Shown in pieces: positions 41,919-51,043 of a stretch of 64,000 nt of DNA. How positions within the stretch are numbered: the stretch's first letter is position 1; each line of letters begins with the position of its first letter. Where the stretch lies: assembly GCA_965215335.1 (NCBI GenBank), contig CBDCDA010000001.1, positions 864,001 to 928,000 of the forward strand, read 5' to 3'. The stretch comes from an uncultured Candidatus Entotheonella sp. GTDB taxonomy: Bacteria > Tectomicrobia > Entotheonellia > Entotheonellales > Entotheonellaceae. Made by a program: the position numbers and the translations under genes. The notes under the pieces are model-generated. The model did no database searches, was not told the DNA's origin, and saw only the letters and a list, made by a program, of their open reading frames with translations.

Positions 41919-43658
41919 TCAGCGTGGCAGGTAGTGTGGATAATCCTTGATTTCGCCCATCAGAAAGCGGGCGAACAGGCGGCCCTGCACCTCGATCAGA
42001 CGCCGCATGGTGAGGCGGTAGCCGAAGACGGGATGCGTCGTTTCCTGGGCGAGCCGGCGCTCGAACGCGGCGATGAAGCGTTTGCGCCCAGCTGGCTTGA
42101 GCGCCGTGCCGGCGCCGCCGTGCAGGAAGTCATCCGGTCGCACCTCGCCGTTGTTGATCGCTTGCAGCACCGTCGAATCGGCAACGATCGGGCGAAACGG
42201 CTCCATCAGATCGAGGGCGAGCGCCGGACGGCCGTAACGGGGCCGGTGGTAGAAACCGAGGTACGGATCGAAACCGATGGCACTGAGGGTCACGGTAAAG
42301 GTGCGCGTCAACATGGCGTAGGCGAAGGAAAGGAGCGCGTTGACCGGATCGGTCGGCGGGCGCCGGTTGCGCCGCTCGAACCGGAAGATGGGCAGGGCCG
42401 GCGGCGCGTCGCCCGCGTTTTCAGCGTCAGGCACCTTGAGCAGAGCGCTGAAGGCGCGAAAGTAGACGGCAGCGGCTTCGCCCTCGAGTCCCAGCAGGGT
42501 GTTGCCATCGGGCGCGGCACGCGCCCGTTCGGCGCTGCGTCTCAGGGTACCGAGCACAGGCTGACGCGCATCCGCCTCGCCGCGCCAGTTGCGTCGTATC
42601 ATCGTGCGGGCGTTACGCACCTTGGCGGCAACCAGCGAGCGCGCGATGCTGAGCGAGGCGGCCGGGGCGAAGCTGGCGCGGTATTGCGCCTCGCGCAACT
42701 CGACGTTCTTGTGGCCCACACCTGCCGTGTGGCCGAGAAACCAGCCGCCGTAGCTGTGCCAACTGACGGGGATTTCACGCCGCATCAACTCGTGCAGACA
42801 CGGCGTCGTCATCCTGATATTGCCCATCAGCACCACTTGGGAGACGTGGAGGAGGCGCGCCGTCGTGACAGGGCCGTCTTCTTCGGTGATGGTGATGGTC
42901 TCGCCTTTCTTGGCGAGGCGCGCGTTGTTGGACTGCACGTAGAGCGGCAGCGCCTCGTCGTGGCGCACGGAGATCGGGCGGGGGGTAACGCCGGTGCGAT
43001 GGAAGTAGTTGACTTCGTCGGGCAGGCAGATGCTGACGAGCGAGCAGCGTGGACATTTGGGGCTGTCCTGTAGCGGCGGGGGAATGCGGCCACTGGCGGC
43101 GACCATACGCAGGCCGCCGACCGAACGCCGCGTGGCTGCCCGCAGGTCGTCGTCGAAGACCACCCGGACCCGCTCGCGGCTCTCGGCAAAGTACAGCGCC
43201 CCCTCGACGCAGCGGTAGCCGTTCTCTTCCAGCAGCAACCCCTGGACGCACAACTGCACGCGCTCCGGCTCGTAGGCGCCGGCGGGCACGTGCGGCCGTT
43301 TGCCGCGCTTGTAGTCAACGGGCACGACGGTGTCGCCGTCGCTCTCCACCAGATCGATCCTGGCAATCAAGCCGAGACGGGACGACGACAGCGCGACCGA
43401 ACGGGTGCGCGGCTGCCCGGCCTCGTGGAGTTCCTCGGCCGGCGGCAACGGACGGTCCTCGCGGTCGACCCGGCGGTGCGCATAGGCGCCGGCGACGGTG
43501 TCGGCGCTCTCCTTCCATTCGCCCTGCACCCATTCGAGATAGGCGAGACGCGGACAGTAGACGTATTCGTTCACCATGCGCGCCGGCAGCAGCGGCGCGC
43601 CCTCCGGCAGGGGCGGCGCTTCCAGCGGCAGTTCGCCTTGTTGGGAGCTTTCCGGCAT
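41919..43658 (-). CDS. cas1: Cas4-Cas1 fusion (type I-G)
   Basis: YVYCPR, VDYKRG, QLCVQGLLL, CPRCSLVSICLP (Cas4 Fe-S); LLGLEG, RRPPTDPVNALLSFAY, GFYH, LALDLMEPFRP (Cas1). Confidence 0.95.
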   Translation of the reverse strand: MPESSQQGELPLEAPPLPEGAPLLPARMVNEYVYCPRLAYLEWVQGEWKESADTVAGAYAHRRVDREDRPLPPAEELHEAGQPRTRSVALSSSRLGLIARIDLVESDGDTVVPVDYKRGKRPHVPAGAYEPERVQLCVQGLLLEENGYRCVEGALYFAESRERVRVVFDDDLRAATRRSVGGLRMVAASGRIPPPLQDSPKCPRCSLVSICLPDEVNYFHRTGVTPRPISVRHDEALPLYVQSNNARLAKKGETITITEEDGPVTTARLLHVSQVVLMGNIRMTTPCLHELMRREIPVSWHSYGGWFLGHTAGVGHKNVELREAQYRASFAPAASLSIARSLVAAKVRNARTMIRRNWRGEADARQPVLGTLRRSAERARAAPDGNTLLGLEGEAAAVYFRAFSALLKVPDAENAGDAPPALPIFRFERRNRRPPTDPVNALLSFAYAMLTRTFTVTLSAIGFDPYLGFYHRPRYGRPALALDLMEPFRPIVADSTVLQAINNGEVRPDDFLHGGAGTALKPAGRKRFIAAFERRLAQETTHPVFGYRLTMRRLIEVQGRLFARFLMGEIKDYPHYLPR

Positions 43659-43807
43659 TCGCTTGTTCCATGCGCCCGGTAGGGGTGGGAAGAGAACAGG
43701 AATGGATAGTACCACACCCCGGCTGGAAACCTGTGCTACCATGAGTTATCCAGTGCCGCGTACAAGACACGTTGCCGGGCGATACGGCGCATCGGGAGGA
43801 CGTGGAG

Positions 43808-45589
43808 ATGAAGGGCAAGCACGACACGACGCCGCGCAGCGAGCGGCAGCATCTGCTGCTGACGGTGCTCGGCACGAATCCGAGACCGGCCTGTTACGAG
43901 CTCGCAGGCCAACAGGTCGAGGCCGGCCTGGCGCCTGTCGCTTTGCTTGATCTGTTACCGGAGACGGAGAAGCCGAAGCGTGTCGTGGCGCTGTGCACGC
44001 CCGAGGCAAGACAGGATAGCTGGCCGGTCCTTCTGGAGACGCTGCGCGGCAGATGCGCAGCGGAACCGGAACCGGTGGACGTCCCTGCCGGGAATACGCA
44101 AGTGGACGTCAATACCTGCCTCGCAACGATAGCCGAGGCCGTCGGCGGCCGGGAAAACGTCGATCTGACCGTGGATGTCACACACGGCTTCCGGCACTTT
44201 TCCTTCCTCACTTACATTGCCGTTCTTTACCTGTCCGCCCTGCGCGGCGTGCGGGTACACGGCGCCTATTACGGCATGCTGAATGCCCGCGGGGTGAGTC
44301 CGTTCCTCGACCTGCGCCCGCTCCTGGAGTTACCGCGCTGGATACACGCCTTGCAAGTGCTGGACACCACGGGGAGCGCCTTGCCCATTGCCGGGATTCT
44401 TGACGGGGACGCGCAGGAACAGTCGCCGCGGACAATCGCGAACGATCTATCCCGGTTTTCGGAAGCCTACCTGTCCGGTCTTCCCCTTGAACTCGGCCGG
44501 CAGGCAGCCACTGTCACGCAACAGCGGATCAGGCCGTTACAAAGGCGGCTCCGTGACGCTCATCACCTGCCCCTTGCCAGCGAACTGACCAACCGGATAG
44601 CGTCGTTCCTCAAGCCGTTGGCCTTGGGCGACGGGGTTGCAAGGGATGCATGGAAGCGACAGGTTGCGCTATCGCCGGACGAATTGAAGCGTCAGGCCGA
44701 GGTGATCGACGGTCTTCTGCGTCATGGAAGCATTGCGGCCGCGCTGGGCCTCATGAACGAATGGGTCGTATCCTGGGTGGCGTGGCTGCGTAAACCCGGG
44801 TGCGATTGGCTCGACTACGACAACGTTCGCCGCCGGGCGGCAGGTCTTCTGAATGCAATGCGGGCCGTAGGCAAAGACGCTGAGCTCCGATGCGTCCTGA
44901 CGCCTGAGCAGTGTTCGCTCGGTGCGTTCTGGGGCCGACTCAGCGAGCTTCGCAACGGATACCATCACCACGGCATGCGCCCACAGGTTCTCATCGGTGA
45001 CAGGCAGGCCGACGGGCAACTTCAGGAGGTGCGGAGCTACTGGAAACAAACACTCCGCTCGTGCCCGGAGGACTTTCCGCTATCGCTCGGCGATTCACCC
45101 GGCGGCCGGGTGCTGGTCAGCCCCATCGGCCTGCGTCCCGGCGTGCTCTACAGCGCCTTGCACGCCTGCCGGACGGGCGACGCCGACGGCGAGCCGATGC
45201 GTTGCCTCGTCATTTGTTCACCGGAGACGCAAGGGAAGATCGACGACGTGGTCAAGCGAGCCGGATACCAGGGCACCGTCGAGCCGCTCGTGTTGCAGGA
45301 TGCTTTCGGGGGCGGGCGTACGGAAATCGACGCGCTTGTGAAAGCGGCGCGGCAACATCTCATCGGCGCCGCGGCGGTTCTCGTGAACGTCACCGGTGGC
45401 ACGACGCTCATGGGCCTTGCCGCCGAAGCCCTTGCCAGCGCCGGGCGCAGGCTGGCTTGCCCGGTCCGCCGGTTCGGTTTGATTGACCGCCGGCCGACGC
45501 CGGAACAGGATGCCGACCCGTACCAGATAGGCGAGCCGTTCTGGCTCGACAGCGGGGAGGATGAGGATGAGGATGCTGACCGAGATTGA
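43808..45589 (+). CDS. csx1: Csx1-like CARF-HEPN RNase with an extra C-terminal CARF-like domain
   Basis: LTVLG...VDVTHGFRHF (DxTHG CARF), YYGM, HEPN RNGYHH at 44951-44968, second CARF VLVSPIGLRPG...VNVTGGT. Confidence 0.8.
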   Translation: MKGKHDTTPRSERQHLLLTVLGTNPRPACYELAGQQVEAGLAPVALLDLLPETEKPKRVVALCTPEARQDSWPVLLETLRGRCAAEPEPVDVPAGNTQVDVNTCLATIAEAVGGRENVDLTVDVTHGFRHFSFLTYIAVLYLSALRGVRVHGAYYGMLNARGVSPFLDLRPLLELPRWIHALQVLDTTGSALPIAGILDGDAQEQSPRTIANDLSRFSEAYLSGLPLELGRQAATVTQQRIRPLQRRLRDAHHLPLASELTNRIASFLKPLALGDGVARDAWKRQVALSPDELKRQAEVIDGLLRHGSIAAALGLMNEWVVSWVAWLRKPGCDWLDYDNVRRRAAGLLNAMRAVGKDAELRCVLTPEQCSLGAFWGRLSELRNGYHHHGMRPQVLIGDRQADGQLQEVRSYWKQTLRSCPEDFPLSLGDSPGGRVLVSPIGLRPGVLYSALHACRTGDADGEPMRCLVICSPETQGKIDDVVKRAGYQGTVEPLVLQDAFGGGRTEIDALVKAARQHLIGAAAVLVNVTGGTTLMGLAAEALASAGRRLACPVRRFGLIDRRPTPEQDADPYQIGEPFWLDSGEDEDEDADRD

Positions 45590-46652
45590 GGCGACCTATC
45601 GCGTGGTGACGCCGATGTTTTGCGCGGGCGCCTACCAGCAACGCGCCGAGCTTCGTCTGCCGAGCTTCAAGGGCGTGCTGCGTTTCTGGTGGCGCGCCCT
45701 GGCGTGGTCGCGGCACGCCGGGAATCTCAAAGCCATCAAGTCGGAAGAGGACGTGCTTTTCGGCAGTTCCCAGGGTGGCCGGTCGCGGGTCGCCATGCGC
45801 CTGCCCTCCACTTTCGTTGCGCCAAAAACCATCCGCAGCGGCGTCGTGCTCGGAATTTCGCCAACCAGCGATCGAGTCGTCGGAGAAGGATGCCGCTATC
45901 TGGGCTACGGCGTCATGAATGCTGCGGGCCAACTCACTCGCCCGTGTCTTGCTGCGCCGTTCGATTTCACCGTTCAGATGCGGGGACGGAACCTGGAAAC
46001 GGCGCAGGTCAGTTCACTCCGAGACGCTCTGGTCGCGCTCGGAACTCTGGGCGGCATGGGTTCGAAGAGTCGCAAGGGATACGGTTCCTTATCCCTCCGC
46101 CGTCTGGTCGTGGATGGAGAGGAGACATGGCATGCCCCGCAGTCATTGCCCGATGTAAAAGCGGTTATCGCGGATCTTCCGCATGGCAATGGCATCTCCG
46201 CGCTTCCTGATTACACCGCCTTGTCCAAAGGTGCTCGCCATGTGCTGCTCTCGAGCGGCAAAACCGACGCCACGAAACTGCTTGACCTCGTCGGCCGCGA
46301 GATGATCCGCTTCCGGCAGAAACACCCGCGCCGCATCGCCTTCGGGCTGCCCCACAACTACGGGAATCAGCCGGGGCAGCAGGTTGGCCCATACGAAAAG
46401 GGCCTGGACCGACGGGCAAGTCCGCTGTTCATCCACATCCATGAGTGCGGCGCTACACCCGTGGCGGTCCTGTCGTTCCTTCCCGCCCGGTTCTTGCCCG
46501 GGGACAGACCGAACGTCAGCGTGGGCAAACAGAAAATACTCCAGACGCCGGAGGACGAGCTGTATGCTCCCATCCACGACTTTCTCGACCGGCTTCTTGA
46601 CAGGAACAGGCGCCGAGAGCCGTTTACGGAGGCTGTGGAGGTAACGCGGTGA
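45573..46652 (+). CDS. cmr1: Type III-B RAMP Cmr1
   Basis: VVTPMFCAGA, ELRLPSFKGVLRFWWRA, GGMGSKSRKGYG, FGLP, RRASPL. Confidence 0.9.
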   Translation: MLTEIEATYRVVTPMFCAGAYQQRAELRLPSFKGVLRFWWRALAWSRHAGNLKAIKSEEDVLFGSSQGGRSRVAMRLPSTFVAPKTIRSGVVLGISPTSDRVVGEGCRYLGYGVMNAAGQLTRPCLAAPFDFTVQMRGRNLETAQVSSLRDALVALGTLGGMGSKSRKGYGSLSLRRLVVDGEETWHAPQSLPDVKAVIADLPHGNGISALPDYTALSKGARHVLLSSGKTDATKLLDLVGREMIRFRQKHPRRIAFGLPHNYGNQPGQQVGPYEKGLDRRASPLFIHIHECGATPVAVLSFLPARFLPGDRPNVSVGKQKILQTPEDELYAPIHDFLDRLLDRNRRREPFTEAVEVTR

Positions 46653-48613
46653 CGATGCGCCTCGACATCACCATCGGCCCGGTGCAGGGGTTCGTTGCCC
46701 AATCGCGGCGCACCCGCGACCTGTGGGGCAGCTCGTACCTGCTGGCGTTTCTCGCCGCGCATGCGATGCGCGGCGCCTATGCGGCCGGCGGCGCCATCGT
46801 CCAGCCGGTGGTTGACGGCGACCCGCTCTACCGCTGGGTCTGCGGCCATCGTGATGGCGTAGCGCCACGGGTCGGCTCGCTGCCCAACCACTTTGTCGTC
46901 GACGTCGACAGCGATCCGTCGGCGGTGGCCAGTGCCGCCATCGAGGCGTTCAAGGATGCCTGGCGGCGGGTGTGCGATGCCGTATGGCGGCGGTTCGTGG
47001 AACACGCCAGCGTCATCGGGAACGGCACGGCGCAAATCTGGGACCGGCAGGTCGATACGTTCTGGGAGATGACCTGGACGGCCGGAGAGGCGGACGCGGG
47101 CGGTGGATGGCTCGCGCGGCGAAAACACTGGCGCAGCCACTGTCCACCCGACGAACCCGGCGACAAATGCGCGGTGATGCACGACCTGCAGGAATTGTCC
47201 GGTCATGTCCGTTCGGAAAGCGGCGCCGGCCGCCGCGAGCAGGATCGCTTCTGGTGTCGTGTGCGCGCAAGCCGGGGGATGGGGCCTCTGGACCTGCGCG
47301 ACCACGAACGCCTGTGCGCCATCGCGCTGGTGAAACGGTTGTTTCCGAAGGTTGCCCGCGAAGCGCTGGGCTGGCACGTCGAGACGTCCCATTGGCCTTC
47401 GACGGCCTACGTCGGCGCGGTGCCGTGGATTGCCCGGGCCGCCGGCGCGGCGCCGCGGCAGGCGCGGGCCTACGCGGACGCCGTCGGACGGAACGCAACC
47501 GGCGTCTTTCACGAGCAGCAACCGGAGTTCGAGTTCGATGGCGTGGACGTATCCGTGGCGGGCGCCTTCGCGAAGCTCGATGCCAACTATTTTCACCGCG
47601 AGTTCGTGGCGAGCGCTCGTCGATGCCCCTTGAATGAGAACGTCGCCGACGATGCGAGAAAGCAACTCGGCTGCAAACTGAAGGCCATTTACGACGCAAA
47701 GGACGCCGCGGGCCGGCAGCTCGGCGCACCTTCTTCGTTCTATGCCCTGCTCCTGGCAGACGGCGACCATCTGGGCAGGCTGGTGAGCAAGTCAGGCGGC
47801 CAGGTCGTCAGCAAAGCCCTGGCTGACTTTACCCGCGAGGTCCCGAACGTCGTGCGTCGGCACGACGGCGTTACCATCTATGCAGGCGGCGACGACGTAC
47901 TGGCGATGCTCCCCGTCTCGAAGGCGTTGCCATGCGCGGAAAAGCTGGCGGCGTGCTACCGGACGGCGTTCCCGGACGGAAACGGGGCGACGCTCTCGGC
48001 GGCGGTGACGTTCGCGCACGTGCGCCTGCCGCTGGCAGGCGTCATCGCCGAGGCGCACCGGTTGCTTGACGACGTCGCCAAGGACGGCAACGGGCGGGAC
48101 TCGCTGGCCGCGGCCGTGCTGAAGCCGAGCGGCTTGTACTGCGAATGGACGACCACGTGGCGTCGTCGCTTGCCGGGTGGCGAATCGACACCGACCTTGA
48201 CGTCACTCAATGGCCTGGTCGACCAGATCAGACGCAACACGACGGAGCCGGGGCTCTCGTCGGCGCTCATCTATCGCATCCGGGAGACGCTTGCCCTGCT
48301 CTGCGGCTGGAGTCGATGGCGACCCGGCGAATGGCGCGCGCTGCCCGTGGAACTCGACGTTCGCGCTTTCCTGCACGCCGAGGTCCTTCAAAGCCTGTCC
48401 GTTCGGACGGATGAAGGCGCGGAGGAAAGCGCCGGCGAATTGACCGACTCGATCTGGCCCCTCCTGGGGCCTGCACGCGCGCCCGCCGAGAACAGCCGCC
48501 CCGCGGGCGACGGCACGGCGGCGGACGATACCGGCGCTTGCGCCGCCGAGGCGGGCGTCGACGCGCTCCTGCTGGCGCGCTTCCTCGCCGACCCTGACGA
48601 GGATGCCCGGTGA
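46649..48613 (+). CDS. cas10: Cas10/Cmr2, HD-less, with intact palm cyclase motif
   Basis: IGPVQGFVAQSRRTRDLWGSSYLL at the extreme N-terminus; ADGDHLG; YAGGDDVL. Confidence 0.92.
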   Translation: MTMRLDITIGPVQGFVAQSRRTRDLWGSSYLLAFLAAHAMRGAYAAGGAIVQPVVDGDPLYRWVCGHRDGVAPRVGSLPNHFVVDVDSDPSAVASAAIEAFKDAWRRVCDAVWRRFVEHASVIGNGTAQIWDRQVDTFWEMTWTAGEADAGGGWLARRKHWRSHCPPDEPGDKCAVMHDLQELSGHVRSESGAGRREQDRFWCRVRASRGMGPLDLRDHERLCAIALVKRLFPKVAREALGWHVETSHWPSTAYVGAVPWIARAAGAAPRQARAYADAVGRNATGVFHEQQPEFEFDGVDVSVAGAFAKLDANYFHREFVASARRCPLNENVADDARKQLGCKLKAIYDAKDAAGRQLGAPSSFYALLLADGDHLGRLVSKSGGQVVSKALADFTREVPNVVRRHDGVTIYAGGDDVLAMLPVSKALPCAEKLAACYRTAFPDGNGATLSAAVTFAHVRLPLAGVIAEAHRLLDDVAKDGNGRDSLAAAVLKPSGLYCEWTTTWRRRLPGGESTPTLTSLNGLVDQIRRNTTEPGLSSALIYRIRETLALLCGWSRWRPGEWRALPVELDVRAFLHAEVLQSLSVRTDEGAEESAGELTDSIWPLLGPARAPAENSRPAGDGTAADDTGACAAEAGVDALLLARFLADPDEDAR

Positions 48614-49734
48614 TGACGACGGGCATGCAGTTCCATCCGATAGATACCTGGTTCTTTCGCGACGGCACGCCGTTTACCGCCGAGGCGTCCGCCCAGGAGG
48701 GCGTCGCAAGTCTGTTTCCGCCAGGTCCGCTCACCAGTGTTGGCGCCCTGCGGGCGGCTCTGGCTTCCTCCAAGGGATGGGACGGCCGGGACGGCTGGTC
48801 ACGGGAGATGTGCGCCGTCCTTGGCGACGGACCGGACGACCTCGGGGTGCTTGCCGTGAACGGACCGTTCCTTTTGCGCGATGGGCAGCCGTTGTTCCGT
48901 CTCCCCCGACACGTGCTGGGATCGAGAAGCAGCGACGGACGGCTCTGGCAGGCGCGGGCGTTCCTCCGGCCAGGCCGTCCGGTGACGTGCGACCTCGGCG
49001 CCGCCGTTCGCCTGCCGGCGGGCGCGGACGCCGATCTCGAGCCCGGTCAGGGTGTCTGGCTCACGCAAGCGGGCCTGGAGGCCGTCTTGCGCGGCGACTT
49101 GCCGGCTACAAAAAGCGATGTGGTGTCGAGCAATTGCCTATGGTCGCCCGAACCGAGAATCGGCCTGCAACGCGATGCCGGGACGCGGACGGCATCAAAG
49201 GGCATGCTGTTCAGCACGACACATGTGCGGCTGTGTCATCGGGTCTCGCTCGGCATGCAGGTCAGCGGCCTGCCGTCGGATTGGCCGATGCCGTTCGGCC
49301 GCCTGGCGCCGCTCGGCGGCGAAGGTCGCCTGGCGATGTGTGCGGAATGGCGGTCTGAGTGGCAACCCGGCCTGTCCCAGACGCCGACAAGGGACACCGG
49401 GACGTTCGCCGTCGTCGCGCTGTCGCCCGTTGATCTGGAAGAAGACGTTTGCCTGGGCCGGCGGCCGCTGGACGACCTGGGCGCCAGGGTGGTGTCGGCG
49501 TGTCTGGACCGTCGCCAACGCATCGGCGGCTGGAACTCCCTTGCCAGGCGCCCGTTGCCGCTGCGCTCGGTCCTGCCGCCGGGGAGTGTCTTGTTCTGCG
49601 AAACCGTTGAACCGGAGCGTCTGAGAAATGCCACCGAGGCGCACGACGGGTTGACGAAAATCGGCAGGCGACAGGAATGGGGCTTTGGCCTCGTCGCCCT
49701 CGGCGCCTGGCCTGACCAGCAGGAGGTGACGTGA
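48610..49734 (+). CDS. cmr3: Cmr3
   Basis: PIDTWFFRDGTPF, FPP, LGGEGR, IGGW, PPGSV, GFG. Confidence 0.9.
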   Translation: MMTTGMQFHPIDTWFFRDGTPFTAEASAQEGVASLFPPGPLTSVGALRAALASSKGWDGRDGWSREMCAVLGDGPDDLGVLAVNGPFLLRDGQPLFRLPRHVLGSRSSDGRLWQARAFLRPGRPVTCDLGAAVRLPAGADADLEPGQGVWLTQAGLEAVLRGDLPATKSDVVSSNCLWSPEPRIGLQRDAGTRTASKGMLFSTTHVRLCHRVSLGMQVSGLPSDWPMPFGRLAPLGGEGRLAMCAEWRSEWQPGLSQTPTRDTGTFAVVALSPVDLEEDVCLGRRPLDDLGARVVSACLDRRQRIGGWNSLARRPLPLRSVLPPGSVLFCETVEPERLRNATEAHDGLTKIGRRQEWGFGLVALGAWPDQQEVT

Positions 49735-50579
49735 TGAAGACCGCCATCCTCGGCCTCCTGGCCGAGACCCCGGTTCACCCCGGCAGCGGCCGCGGCATGG
49801 GCGTGGTGGACCTGCCCGTGGCCCGCGAAGCGGCGACGGACTATCCGGTAATTGTCGGGTCGAGCCTGAAGGGAGCGCTGTCGGACAAGGCGCGAGCCAA
49901 GGGGTTGGCTGATCGTCAACAGCGTTTCGGGACGCAGGAGCAAGGTGGCGACCTGCTGATCTCCGACGGGCGCCTGCTTCTGCTGCCGGTGCGCAGCCTG
50001 ACGTCCTCGTACCGCTGGGCGACCTGTCCACACTTGATCGAACGCTACCGCCGGGACCTTGGCCGTGCGGGTCTGGCGTCGCTGCCAGAGGTTCCCCAGG
50101 TGGACCGTGGCGAGTTTCTGGCGGCGGTCCCCGTGAACCCCGATGGGCAGCTCTTCCTCGAAGAGAGGCAATTCACCGGCGGTGGCGAACCAGTCGAGGC
50201 GCTGGTGGAAACCATCAAGCCGCTGGTGCTCCACGCTGCAACGCAGGCTCGTCTTGAAGCCCGGCTCGCCGTTCTGCACGATGACGATTTCGCCTGGTTC
50301 GCCCGTTACGGCCTGTCTGTCCAGGCGCGTAACGTCCTGGACGACGAAACCAAGAAGAGCCGAAACCTGTGGTACGAAGAAACCCTGCCCCCGGACACGG
50401 TCATGTACGCCCTCGTCATGGGCCGGCGCGAGGCGGCAATTGGCGCCCTGGAGACGCTTTTTCCGGAAGACGACCCCTACCTGCAGGCAGGCGGCAACGA
50501 AACGATCGGGCAAGGCTGGTTCGGGGTCAGCGTGCATCGAACGGAACCGAACCCGAGCGCAGTGGGAGCGACACCTTGA
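49731..50579 (+). CDS. cmr4: Cmr4 backbone RNase
   Basis: ETPVHPGSG...VVDLPVARE (catalytic Asp present), GSSLKGAL, LWYEETLP, GGNETIGQG. Confidence 0.93.
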   Translation: MMKTAILGLLAETPVHPGSGRGMGVVDLPVAREAATDYPVIVGSSLKGALSDKARAKGLADRQQRFGTQEQGGDLLISDGRLLLLPVRSLTSSYRWATCPHLIERYRRDLGRAGLASLPEVPQVDRGEFLAAVPVNPDGQLFLEERQFTGGGEPVEALVETIKPLVLHAATQARLEARLAVLHDDDFAWFARYGLSVQARNVLDDETKKSRNLWYEETLPPDTVMYALVMGRREAAIGALETLFPEDDPYLQAGGNETIGQGWFGVSVHRTEPNPSAVGATP

Positions 50580-50623
50580 AACCGAGTCGTCAGCCCGAAC
50601 CCGGAAAGTCCGACCACGCGACC

Positions 50624-51043
50624 ATGACATCCACCACCCTTGAACAGCAGCGCGCGGCCAGCGCGCTGCAGCGCGTCAACGAACTGGCCGGCCAGTGCGA
50701 CGCCTTCAAGAAACTGTACCGCGCCTACGTCGACCGCCTGGGGCCGACGATCGTCATGAATGGCCTGGGCCAGGCGCTCGCGACCGAGAAGGCCGCCGCC
50801 GGAGCAGACCCCACGTCGCCTCGTGAGAAGGCACACGACAAGCTCTACGAGGGTCTGAATCGCTGGCTCCGTCGGAAAGACGGAGGAGTTTATCCCGCAT
50901 CAGGCCCAGACCTCCTGAAGGCCATCATGACGAACGACGAAACTCTCTATCTGCGTGCGCAGGCCGAAGCTCTGGCATGGCTGGTGTGGCACAAGAAGTT
51001 CTGTCGCGCCATGTTCCCGAAGGGCGAAGGAGACGGTGAGTGA
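50624..51043 (+). CDS. cmr5: Cmr5 small subunit
   Basis: TLEQQRAA...LGPTIVMNGLGQALA...YLRAQAEALAWL. Confidence 0.88.
   Translation: MTSTTLEQQRAASALQRVNELAGQCDAFKKLYRAYVDRLGPTIVMNGLGQALATEKAAAGADPTSPREKAHDKLYEGLNRWLRRKDGGVYPASGPDLLKAIMTNDETLYLRAQAEALAWLVWHKKFCRAMFPKGEGDGE

Noticed and set aside
45557..45575. GAGGAT x3 at the csx1/cmr1 overlap as a phase-variable tract
   Set aside because: A 6-nt unit keeps the frame and three copies are too few; explained by the acidic tail and RBS/start overlap.
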